64,000 bases of DNA from Octopus sinensis (taxonomy: Eukaryota): positions 52,638,001 to 52,702,000 of the forward strand of contig NC_043007.1 in the NCBI RefSeq assembly GCF_006345805.1, in the 5' to 3' direction. The notes under the pieces are model-generated. The model saw nothing but the letters and a program-made list of their open reading frames with translations, did no database searches and was not told where the DNA came from. Shown here piece after piece: positions 25,501-35,787 of this stretch; positions within the stretch are counted from its first letter, which is position 1; every line of letters starts with the position of its first letter. The position numbers were made by a program, and so were the translations under genes.

Positions 25501-27497
25501 AGTTGGACCATGGGAAGCCCTTAAGGGAATTTCTGGCCGACGGGCCGCGACTCTCGGCGAGGTGCTGTGAAGGGTCTATCACGGCTGCGGAAGTCGAAGA
25601 GGTGCTGGCCAAATGCACTTGGGACAAGTTGCCAGGGCTGGATGGTCTGCCCTACGAGTTTTACAGTAGTATGCCGTACTTGTTCGGACACTTGCTGGTT
25701 TGCGTGTACACGAACAGGCAGCAGAATGGGAGAATTCCCAGTTCTGTGAGTCAGGGAGTGGTAACACTGGTCAGAGCAAGGGGAATCATATTAGTAATTT
25801 CAGGCTCATAACTCTACTAAATGTAGAGTTAAGGATTTTGGCCAAGGTGCTGGCAAAAGGCTGACGGTTGTTGCGGAGAAAATTGTCGGGAAGGCGCAAA
25901 CATGTGCCATCCCTGGCAGGTCGATCCAGGACAATCTTCATCTCTTACGCTACACCTTAGACAGAGTAGGTTAAGTTTCCGGTAAAGGTGGGGCACTGGT
26001 CCATTTAGACCAGAGTAAAGCCTTCGATAGGGTTGACCATCGGTACCTGGCGGCTGGGCTGGGCCCAGTTTTCCACGACTGGATCAAGGCCATTTACGGC
26101 GGCATCAGATCCACAGTTCAGTTGAACGGTTACCTATTGGAGCCGTTCGAGATCAGGCGTTCAGTTCGTCATGGGTGCCCTCTGTAACCCGCTTCTGTAT
26201 GTACTGACTCTCGAGCCATTGCTGCGGAAGTTGGAGAGGTTGGGAAGCACCACCAATGAAATTGGATGTGGTAAGAGTGTCTCTGCGTATGCAGGTGACG
26301 TCACCATCACCGTATCCAAGATGACTCAGCTACCTCGTGCGGCAGAGGCAATCAGAAGATACGAAACGGTGGCAGGGGCAAAAGTTAACATGGACAAGTC
26401 CATTGGTTTGCGGCTCGGCACCGGGAGCAGCAAGCCGATAACGTCCAGTATCGTGGGACACTGGGTGGATGGTCCTGTTAAGTTGCTTCGAGACGGAGAA
26501 GAATTGAGTGGGGTGACGGAAAAGGTAGAAGCGTGAACCCAGAGGTGGTGCAGACGTTTATTGCGTCTGTTATCACCTACTGTCTGACCGTCGTCGGTGC
26601 CCCGATTCGTGGCTAAACAAGCTGGTTCAAATTCTCTTCTGCTTTTTGTGGAGGGGAAAGCCGCTTGTGAGGCGCTCCGTGTGCTGTCAAGAGCCATTAA
26701 AGGGTGGCCTAGAGATGCCGTAGTTGATGATGTGCAAACATGCACTGAGACTAAGGTATCTCTGGCTTTACCTGGATGGTGGTCAGGTGTGGAATTCACT
26801 CACAGGGGAATTCTTTCCACAACCAGCCTCCCTGGAGGCATTTAAACCTGGTTTGATTAAAAGACTAAACACGACTGAATGGCAAAAGGAATGTCGGCAG
26901 GCACTTGCGCTAATCCACACGGTGGGTAAGGCCGGCATCGGGAATAACACCTCTGCATTTTACAAAGGGTTGGTAGAGTTTAAAAGTGATGACGTTCTAG
27001 GAGAGACTCTGGGACTTGATAGGGACCAGCTATCCAACCTGTTTCGAAACACTTTCGAGGTAGGGTATTTGGACAATTACCAAAGATCCCTGACCTGGCA
27101 GTGTTTCAGGAATGCGTTACCTCTTTACAAGAAATTCATCTCCGGCACTGGAATGCGATATTACTTCAGGTACCACCTCAAAAGCAAGATAGGGCTGGAG
27201 AGAAGACGCCTGTCGAAAAGAGCGTATGAGGAAAGATGGAAGGATGCAGTAAGGAAGTTGGGAGTGAATGTCCCTACTTAACCCATCCAGGATAAAAATA
27301 AAGGTGTAGCCGTTAGAACTTTAAAAATAAAATAATAAAAAGTCAGAACTAAAGTAATATCAAAATTTAAAAAAAACATTATATGTCATTTTAATATATT
27401 TTTGTAAAAAATAACTCACTAAATAACCCTTCCAAATGTTTGTAGTGTCCTGTGTTGTCCCATCTGTGTCTGATTGTATAATCGTAATAAAGAGAAT
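22571..27497 (+). mobile_element. Tx1/L1-clade LINE, essentially full length but degraded
   Basis: ORF1 has a degenerate knuckle (RPRCYKCGE). ORF2 has APE motifs (INLGCINMHG, ICVVTESK, AVYAP, GDFN, YLDR, DHK) and RT motifs (PGLDGLPYEFY, KAFDRVDH, GCPL, AYAGD). It ends aataaagagaa and is flanked by ttctgggtt (22562-22570) and tgctgggtt (27498-27506). Confidence 0.88.
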
Positions 27498-27514
27498 TGC
27501 TGGGTTTGGCTACT

Positions 27515-27555
27515 CTGCATTGATAAATGGCATATACCCTGAAACATGTCTGCAG
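27515..27555 (+). ncRNA. Type-I HHR, U3-A8 variant, direct copy
   Basis: CUGCA-UUGAUAA-AUGG-CAUAUA-CCCU-GAAAC-AU-GUC-UGCAG, with a 5-bp stem I, a palindromic ACAUGU stem III and a GUC cleavage triplet. Confidence 0.65.
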
Positions 27556-27841
27556 ATGCCTGACCAGCAAAGGGAAGCGACTGACCTCCCCTGTTCGAAG
27601 GTTATAATGGACACAGTTTCGTGTGTCACATAGCTAGCTAGAGGCGATGTCACATAGCAAGCTAATCAATGTCAGCATTTGTCTTATATTTATGGGCTGC
27701 CATATTAGCTTGGCGATAACTATTAATATCCAGTACCGCTGCCGTAATCTCCTTTAGAGAGACTTAGAAATAAAAATATTTCTATATCTGATCACTTGTT
27801 TTCTTTATTCAAAATTCAGACAGAGCTTATGGGATGTACTG

Positions 27842-27903
<62 letters not shown>

Positions 27904-28028
27904 TATATATAATATATATATATGTATATATATATATATATGTATGTGTATATTATATATATATATATGTATATATATGTATGTGTATATATATATATAT
28001 ATATGTATGTATATATATATATGTATGT

Positions 28029-28062
<34 letters not shown>

Positions 28063-28213
28063 GTATATTTATATATATATATGTATGTATATATATATAC
28101 GTATGTATATATATATAAATTCAGGGTGAATACTTGATAAATGTAAGCACCTGTACATGCCAGCTAGTGGCAGAGGTGATAGGATATATGTATCCATTTG
28201 ATACATATATATA

Positions 28214-29089
28214 GGTGTGTGAGAAAGTGCCAATCCCTAGCAGTTGAGGGAACCCGTGGAAGAGGTAGACCCAGGAAAACCTGGGACGAGGTGGTGAAGC
28301 ACGACCTTCGAACTTTAGGCCTCACTGAGGAAATGACCAGCGACCGAGACCTTTGGAAATATGCTGCACGTGAGAAGACCAGGCAGGACAAGTGAGCCCA
28401 GCCCACTTATGAATGCCTTTCCTCCCTTGGACACAAAGACCTGTTGAGGCAAGCGAAGTCGATATAGAACCTCATCCGACGACAGGCACCCATCCAACCC
28501 CCTTTGCTTGCGAAGACATGTTGGGGCAAGCGAAAGCGAAATCGAAATCGAATTGAACCAGCCAGGATCCCTGATCTGGTGGTACGTAAAAAGCACTATC
28601 CGACTCGTGGCTGATGCCAGTGCCGCTTCCACTGGCTTCCGTACCGGTGGCACGTAAAATACACCAATCTGACCTACGACAGGCACCCATGCCAACTCCC
28701 TTTGCTTGCGAAGACATGTTGGGGCAAGCGAAAGCGAAATCGAAATGAACCAGCCAGGATCCCTGGTCTGGTGGTACGTAAAAAGTACTATCCGACTCGT
28801 GGCCGATGCCAGCGCCGCCTCGACTGGCTTCCATGCCGGTGGCACATAAAATACACCAATCCGACCATGGCTGTTGCCAGCCTTGCCTGGCACCTGTGCA
28901 GGTGGCACGTAAAAAGCACCCACTACACTCACGGAGTGGTTGGCGTTAGGAAGGGCATCCAGCTGTAGAAACATTGCCAGATAAGACTGGAGCCTGGTGC
29001 AGCCTTCTGGCTTCCCAGATCCACGGTCGAACCGTCCAACCCATGCTAGCATGGAGAACGGATGTTAAACGATGATGATGATAATGATG
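28214..29089 (+). mobile_element. RTE LINE 3' end with 2 x ~197-bp repeats in the 3' UTR and a (GAT)n tail
   Basis: The ORF2 C-terminus GRGRPRKTWDEVVKHDLRTLGL...REKTRQDK matches the copy at 8376-8560. Repeat units start at 28479 and 28676. Confidence 0.9.
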
Positions 29090-29102
29090 ATATATATATA
29101 TA

Positions 29103-29456
29103 GGCGCAGGAGTGGCTGTGTGGTAAGTAGCTTGCTAACCAACCACATGGTTCCGGGTTCAGTCCCGCTGCATGGCATCTTGGGCAAGTGTCTTCTGCTA
29201 TAGACCCGGGCTGACCAATGCCTTGTGAGTGGATTTGGTAGACGGAAACAAAAAGAAGCCTGTCGTATATATGTATATATATATGTATGTGTGTGTTTGT
29301 GTGTCAGTGTTTGTCCCCCTAGCATTGCTTGTGTGTTTAAGTCCCTGTCACTTAGCGGTTCGGCAAAAGACACCGATAGAATAAGTACTGGGCTTACAAA
29401 GATTAAGTCCCGGGGTCAATTTGCTTGACTAAAGGCGGTGCTCCAGCATGGCCGCA
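29103..29456 (+). mobile_element. tRNA-derived SINE running into the assembly gap
   Basis: The head GGCGCAGGAGTGGCTGTGTGGTAAG...CCGGGTTCAGTCCC has A/B-box-like motifs. The body contains TTGGGCAAGTGTCTTC and a central TA/TG tract. Confidence 0.8.
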
Positions 29457-29556
29457 NNNNNNNNNNNNNNNNNNNNNNNNNNNNNNNNNNNNNNNNNNNN
29501 NNNNNNNNNNNNNNNNNNNNNNNNNNNNNNNNNNNNNNNNNNNNNNNNNNNNNNNN
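29457..29556. other. Assembly gap (100 N)
   Basis: Run of exactly 100 N. Confidence 1.
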
Positions 29557-29880
29557 TATATATATACATATATATATACATAGGGTTATAATTTTATGAA
29601 CTGAACTGTGTGGGTTTTTTTATTACTTTTTTATGTATATATGTCTGATTTAAATGTGAGTGTGCATATATTTTCCTTGATGTTAGTTATGGAACTAGGG
29701 GTCCAATATATAAAATAACTGTGTTTGTTAATGTATATTGATATATTTTGTTTATTTTGTATTATTGTATTAATGTGTATATATATATGTGTAGTATTAT
29801 GAGTGTCTATGCACACATTTCTATATTTTATATTTTTATATTTATAAGTAAAATTTTTTTGACACTTATTTTAAATTAAA

Positions 29881-29991
29881 TTCTCTGAAGAGGCCGTGGG
29901 ACATCCTTGTTAATGTCTCATTTATACCTGCCTTATATGGCTTATAGGTAAATGAGGCATACTTGTCCTCACCGCCGAAACAGCTGTCAGA
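29881..29991 (+). ncRNA. Type-I HHR with an 85-nt stem II
   Basis: CUGAAGA (29885-29891), stem II GGCCGUGGGACA...UGUCCUCACCGCC, GAAAC (29977-29981), AGCU, GUC. Stem I is short (UCU/AGA). Confidence 0.65.
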
Positions 29992-30323
29992 TATGATGTA
30001 ATTGTATTTTATATTTCTATTTCCTTGTCTAATTATATTTACAATATATTTTGTATAATGTCTTTACTGTTATGTAATGGTGTATTGATTGGGTATTATC
30101 TGATGGTTGATGCTTGATTGATTTAAGTATGTTTCTCCAGTTTCTAATTTTGTATTATTAATTTACGGTAATATTTTTACCCTTGCCCACATAATACAGT
30201 AGATGAATCAATTGCATGGCAATTTTTAACATTTATGTATTAGTCTTGTTGGGTACCTCTCTAGCAGTATATTGGATATATGTTATCCCATGGTGGGTTG
30301 AATTTTCAACCCCTATCTCATTT

Positions 30324-30370
<47 letters not shown>

Positions 30371-31428
30371 ATATATATATATATATATATCAATATCTAT
30401 AAAGCTGAAATGCAAAAAATTTGTTTGTCTCATTTTTGGGTCGGATTGGCACCAAAATTTACAGGGACATGTAAAAAGAGGCAAGGAAGCGACTGGATAA
30501 GGTTAGAAACCCCTATCTCAAAGGCTGTGGTTACTAGAGCAACAAAACCCACACTTTGACAAGTGTTTGTCATTTCTCTTTTTCGGATATCACCCTGTCT
30601 CCCTCGATCTCTCTTTCCTTCCTTCCCTCCACATTCTCTCTATAACAACTTTTCACACCTTCCACTCTCATTCCCTCTCTGCCTTCGCCATCTCTCTGTC
30701 ACTCTTTCTCCTACCACTTCTCTCACAGTACGACTGTCTGTATCTATAGAGAGAAAGCGTTGACAGCCGCATAAGTTTAAATATTCCCGCCACAGGTCTT
30801 TTAGAATGGTGAATTATTATTGCCCACCACCACAACATAATTATAACAGATATTATTAATCAGATATATTGTGTTAATTTATAAATATATATGTGTATAT
30901 AAATATATATATATAATGTGTATATCTGTAAAATAATATGTGACAATTATTCGGTAGCCAAGATAAAACTCTGAGTTTCAGATGCCGAGGTGGAAATCCA
31001 TAGCGCCACCTCTTTGGTTATCTGGCCATCTGAAAAATGCTATGAAAAAAAGACCGTTATACAAAGGGAAATTACTGTGTTATAAGTCCGCTATTTATAT
31101 AAAAGCGCTAATTCAATGACCTCTAATTAAAATAAGGTTAAAAGTTCATAGTAAACACATAAGCATGCCTGCTCATACGCACACGTGCGCTTGCGCACCC
31201 ACATGCGTACGTATACATCACTGTGAAAACGTACACATCTTCACTTGCATTTTTCGCCAAATATACATGCATATATATACAAACTCATACACACACATAA
31301 TATTGAGGTCTCTTTCTTTCTTTTGTTATCTTACCATTTTTACCAATATATAATGTGTATACATATGTATATGTGTGTATGTCTATACATATATATATAT
31401 ATATATACATATATATATACATATATAT

Positions 31429-32230
31429 CAGAGACCTGGGTGTAATTGTTGATGACGATCTCAGTTGGAGTGCACACATCAACAAGAAGGTCGATATAGC
31501 TCGTAGGATGAGTTCCTGGATCTTAAGAACTTTCCGGTCCAGAGAACAAGGTGTCATCATACCACTTTTTTCCTCCTTTGTACAGCCACACCTTGAATAC
31601 TGCTGCCCACTGTGGTCTCCTCACACAAGACAAAACATCTCCAGAATTGAGTCACCCCAGAGGGCACTCACTAAACAAATTGAAGGCATGGCAGCTCTCG
31701 ATTATTGGGATCGCCTTAAAGCCTTGAAACTTTACTCCATCCAGCATCGCCGTGAGCGGTACATCATTTGTACGATGTGGAAAATATACCGCCAACTTTG
31801 CCCAAACGACCTAAACATTAGCTTCAAGGTTCATCCAAGACTTGGACCATGGGCAATACGTCTCCTGCCCAATTCAAGATCACAACATACATGTACACTG
31901 CAACATAATCTCTTTTCCTCAACAGGCCCTGCCCTATTTAACATTGTCCCGAGGGAGATCAAAGAGGAAAAGGATCCCATCAACTTTAAACAGAGTCTGG
32001 ATAGATTCCTTCAAAGAATACCAGATAAGCCACCCATAATTGGATACAACTCACCCAACAAGAACTCACTACTTGAACAAAACTAGATACAACTCACCCA
32101 ACAAGAACTCACTACTTGAACAAAACTTGACTTAAACAGGATTCGAATAATCCTATCAAGTGGTGCTATTAAGTTAGACATGGCCTGGACCAATCTTTGG
32201 TCGAAACATATCTAAGTTTATCTAAGTTTA
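31429..32230 (+). mobile_element. CR1-type LINE 3' end
   Basis: RDLGVIVDDDLSW...PHLEYCCPLWSP...RRERY...GPALFN. A 43-bp tandem duplication lies at 32043-32127, followed by a terminal stem-loop GACCA-ATCTT-TGGTC and a (CTAAGTTTA)-type tail. Confidence 0.88.
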
Positions 32231-34361
32231 TATATAATCAATATCTATAAAGTTGAAATGTGAAAAAGTTGTTTGATTTCTTTGTTATTTGTCTCATTTT
32301 GGGATGGGAACGGTTTAAGGGGTGGTAGATAAGATCGGATTGGCGCCAAAATTTACAACGGGGGGGGGGGGGGGTAATGGTGTGAGGAGGGTTACAAGTC
32401 GCTCAGGGCTACCATTTTGTTGCCATGGTGAGGAATATGGGAAAAATTGAGTTTTATGGGATAGACAGGTTGCGCTGTTTGAATAATGGTGGCTTTTCAT
32501 GTTGCTGTAGAGGCTAGAAGGGGTTATCTTTAATTTAATTATATAAAACAGGAAAAAACTTGACACTTTGGCTTTGGTAAGTATTCTAGCACTAGATGTG
32601 CAAGGATCGAGCTGAAAATTGGCAGGGATACTAAATGTGTGGTGAGGATCCTACCTGCAATAGTTAAAATTTGCAAGCTTTAAAGATGTGGTTGCTATGG
32701 CAAAGAGAGGGAAAATTGACAAGTGCTTGTTGTTCTTCTCTAATGGTTATCACCCTTTCTTCCATCTCTCTCTTTTCCCCTTCCCTCCTCTTTATCTCTA
32801 TAATGGCTTTTAACAGCTTCTATTCACTATCTTTCCCTCTCCGTATTCAATGTGTCTCTGCCGCTCTTTTCCCCCTGCCTCTCCCTTTCTGGCAAACTTT
32901 TCTAATGGAATCTCCCCGCCAACATACATAACTCCTCTCTCCTTTTCTCTGTTACTCACTCACATTTTCTCTCACTGTAACAAATGAATAACAAAATTTC
33001 AGTTAACTCTCTCGCCCATATCGCACACCCCATCAAACACAAACACACACATGCTCTCTCTCTCTCTTCCTCCCTCACACACACATGCATGCAGCTTGAC
33101 ACGGACGGAAGAGATCAATCACTTTCATGACTTCAAAAGATCCGCTTTCCACCCCTCCAGAGATATACAAACCACATCGTGCTGACTGCAAAAATCCCGC
33201 CAAATTAGCCAGAAAAACACACACACACACACACGTCCATTTCATATATCTTCTTTCAATTTCTGCTCTCTCATTACTCAGATGTCCAATACAATACCTC
33301 TCACCAACATTTTCATATCTATTTTTTTCTATAAGTGTATAACAATAACTTCTTTCATACTTCTCCACTTTACCATTGGCTGCTATTTCTACCAGGTCTA
33401 CCTACCATGTAGACATCTGAACTTCATTTTCATTCACAGATTTCACATAATCTTTTCCATAAATCAACTCCTGAAGCTGTTTTCTGCGAAGATATTTTCA
33501 CTTCACTCACTCTATCTCTCTTTCTCACCCTCTTTCTCTCTCACATACACATGCGCAAGCACACACGCCACACACACATTAATGCCATCTGCAAATAAAA
33601 TTATTATGGATACAACTGCTTACAAAATTAGGGATTAATGTATAATTTCTTTCTATGTTCATAATTAAATACAATAGTCTGTTTCTGAGAGCTATTGTAT
33701 TGGACCTATGTACAAATTCTTTCTTCACAACTCCTGAAGCTGTTTTTTGACGGGGGTGGGGTAGCCGAGAAATTTTCATACAGCTGGAGGCTCCAATCGA
33801 AACAGGGGACCCGAAATGACAAGGTTGAGAAATGCTGTTATAGATAATGCGTAACCGAAAACAATCACAGTCACAAAATTCTAACAGACCAGATGAAAAC
33901 GAGCTTATGTATATATATATAAAACTGAGAATGTGTCTGTCTGTGTGAATCCCTAAGACTTGAGAACTACACAACCAATTGCATTCAAATTTTACACATG
34001 CCTTCCTTAGGGTCCATGTAGTGTCATGGGGAAAAGAATTTTTAACTTTTTGCCTAGAGCGAGCCCACAGCAAAATCACATTTTCTCCACACCACTGGTT
34101 TTAAATTCATATTAATCAAATTAATATACAATTGTTCAACCTTATAATTTTTAATTTAAATTTACATGTATATCTCTTATTATAAAAGGCAGATTTTATC
34201 TGCCTCCCTTTGTCTCTTATAGAAATCTACAATATAGGATTTCTTCAATTACAATTTACCTAGCATTTTTAAGAGTAGAATGCATCGGGTCGTTCCAGGT
34301 CCGGTTTTTAAAATTTCAACCCCAATTAAGCAAAATTTAGAGAAAACTCACATTGTGGGCT

Positions 34362-34398
<37 letters not shown>

Positions 34399-35291
34399 GG
34401 AGCGATCTGCTTCACTCATGCTATCACCCTAATTTCTCCCACTTTCTCTTTGCAAGTGTACCTTAAACCACTACTAAAAAAAAAAAAACACAGCAAACAG
34501 AACCAAATAAATACATAACGATTTACTCCTCACACAATTTCTTCAATTAGAGTTTACCTATGATTTTTCAAAGTACTTCCATTCGGTCATGCCATACAAA
34601 ATTTCTTTCAATTTCACCCCCAATTAAGACAAAATTCGAGAAAACTCAATATTTTAACATTTCACTCCGAAAGCACTGATGTACATGTGTGCGTGCGTGA
34701 GTGTGTGTGTGTGTGTGTGTTTGATGGGATGTGCGACACAGAAAGTGTGGTGTGTAAAGAGACAGAGAGAGTACACATACCTACGTACACCTAAAGCACG
34801 CACACACACACACACAAGCGGAGCGCGAACTTCAAAAGAACTTTGCGCGCTATCTATCTGGTTTGCCATTCCTCACACACACGCATACACATACATATAT
34901 GACAGTGACAAACACAAACATTTCAAACAACTACATACAAACACGTGTGTGTTTGTTATTAGTAAAAAAGGCACCAAACACAACTCACTTCTCATTCGAA
35001 CACATTTGCAAAAACACACCGATGGTCGAATTGCCATAACAATACAGAAAAGGTAAATTGGTTTTTAATTTACTTTCTGTCGTTAAATTTTGGTAGTATT
35101 AATTGGCGAGCGTACTTCTGTTGTCAATTGTTGACAGAAAGAAATTGTAAGCTAATAAGGTGTGTGTGTGTGTGTGTGTGTGTAGGAAGTTAAGGATAAA
35201 AATATTGCAAGAAGTAGACAGATGTACATATATACATCCATACATACATGTGTGTGTGTGTCTATGTATGTGTATTAATGTGTGTGTGTTA

Positions 35292-35655
35292 TCTCTATCT
35301 CTATATAAAGCTGAAGTTGTCTGTGTGCGCCACGTTTGGTAACCTTCAACTAACACTATCTCCTCCGAGACCCTGCGGCGCAAGTTGACCAAAATTGAGA
35401 GTATGATAGAAGAAGGGTTGCTCTTCCTTCCGTAGAACATAAAATTCAAATCGGACCATGTTAACACCAAAAATTATTTACATCAAAAAGCTGCTTTTTT
35501 CTATGAAAATCCCGATTTTTTACGATTTTTTCACTGCTGTGTTGCCACTTTTCGGTGTATTTCGACCAGAAAAATGTTCACAAAATTTTTACTTATCAAA
35601 ATTACAATTCCAGCGGGTTGAAACAAACCCAAGCAACGCCGGGCGATACTGCTAG
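35292..35655 (+). mobile_element. Complete ~360-bp non-autonomous Helitron-type element
   Basis: 5' TC(TCTATC)TCTATATAAAGCTGAAG and 3' CCCAAGCAACGCCGGG hairpin plus CTAG|T. A second copy of most of it lies at 39472-39800. Confidence 0.75.
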
Positions 35656-35706
35656 TATATATATATAGATGTATTTCTATAGATATAGATGTATATGTAT
35701 GTGTAG

Positions 35707-35753
<47 letters not shown>

Positions 35754-35787
35754 GTGAAATAGAAAGATGAATAATCTTGTAGCAGAT

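Larger units (their letters stand above)
22158..27788 (+). mobile_element. Retrozyme-like non-coding HHR repeat element (permuted multimer with 5' inversion), interrupted by a Tx1 LINE
   Basis: Flanked by TSD tgatcactt (22149-22157 and 27789-27797). 22158-22348 is the inverse of 27498-27728 (which carries an extra ~40 bp), 22349-22398 is the inverse of ~22510-22561, and 22395-22490 is a direct copy of 27693-27788. Confidence 0.75.
20926..27842 (+). mobile_element. mariner (DD34D) transposon split by a 5.6-kb insertion
   Basis: Degraded transposase at ~21110-22125 (RHIMLYEYKKG, WFAKFRSGDF, WVPHEL, VTGD, FHQDN, SDLAPSDYHLF). The left TIR tcaggtcatcccataatttctgtccg matches the right TIR ending at 27842. 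About 1.28 kb remains once the insertion is removed. Confidence 0.88.

Noticed and set aside
22158-27788. DIRS/Ngaro or LTR retrotransposon explanation for the terminal repeats
   Set aside because: The internal ORFs are APE plus non-LTR RT, with no tyrosine recombinase, RNase H or integrase. The LINE has its own TSD, and the empty D|A site is preserved in the inverted arm.
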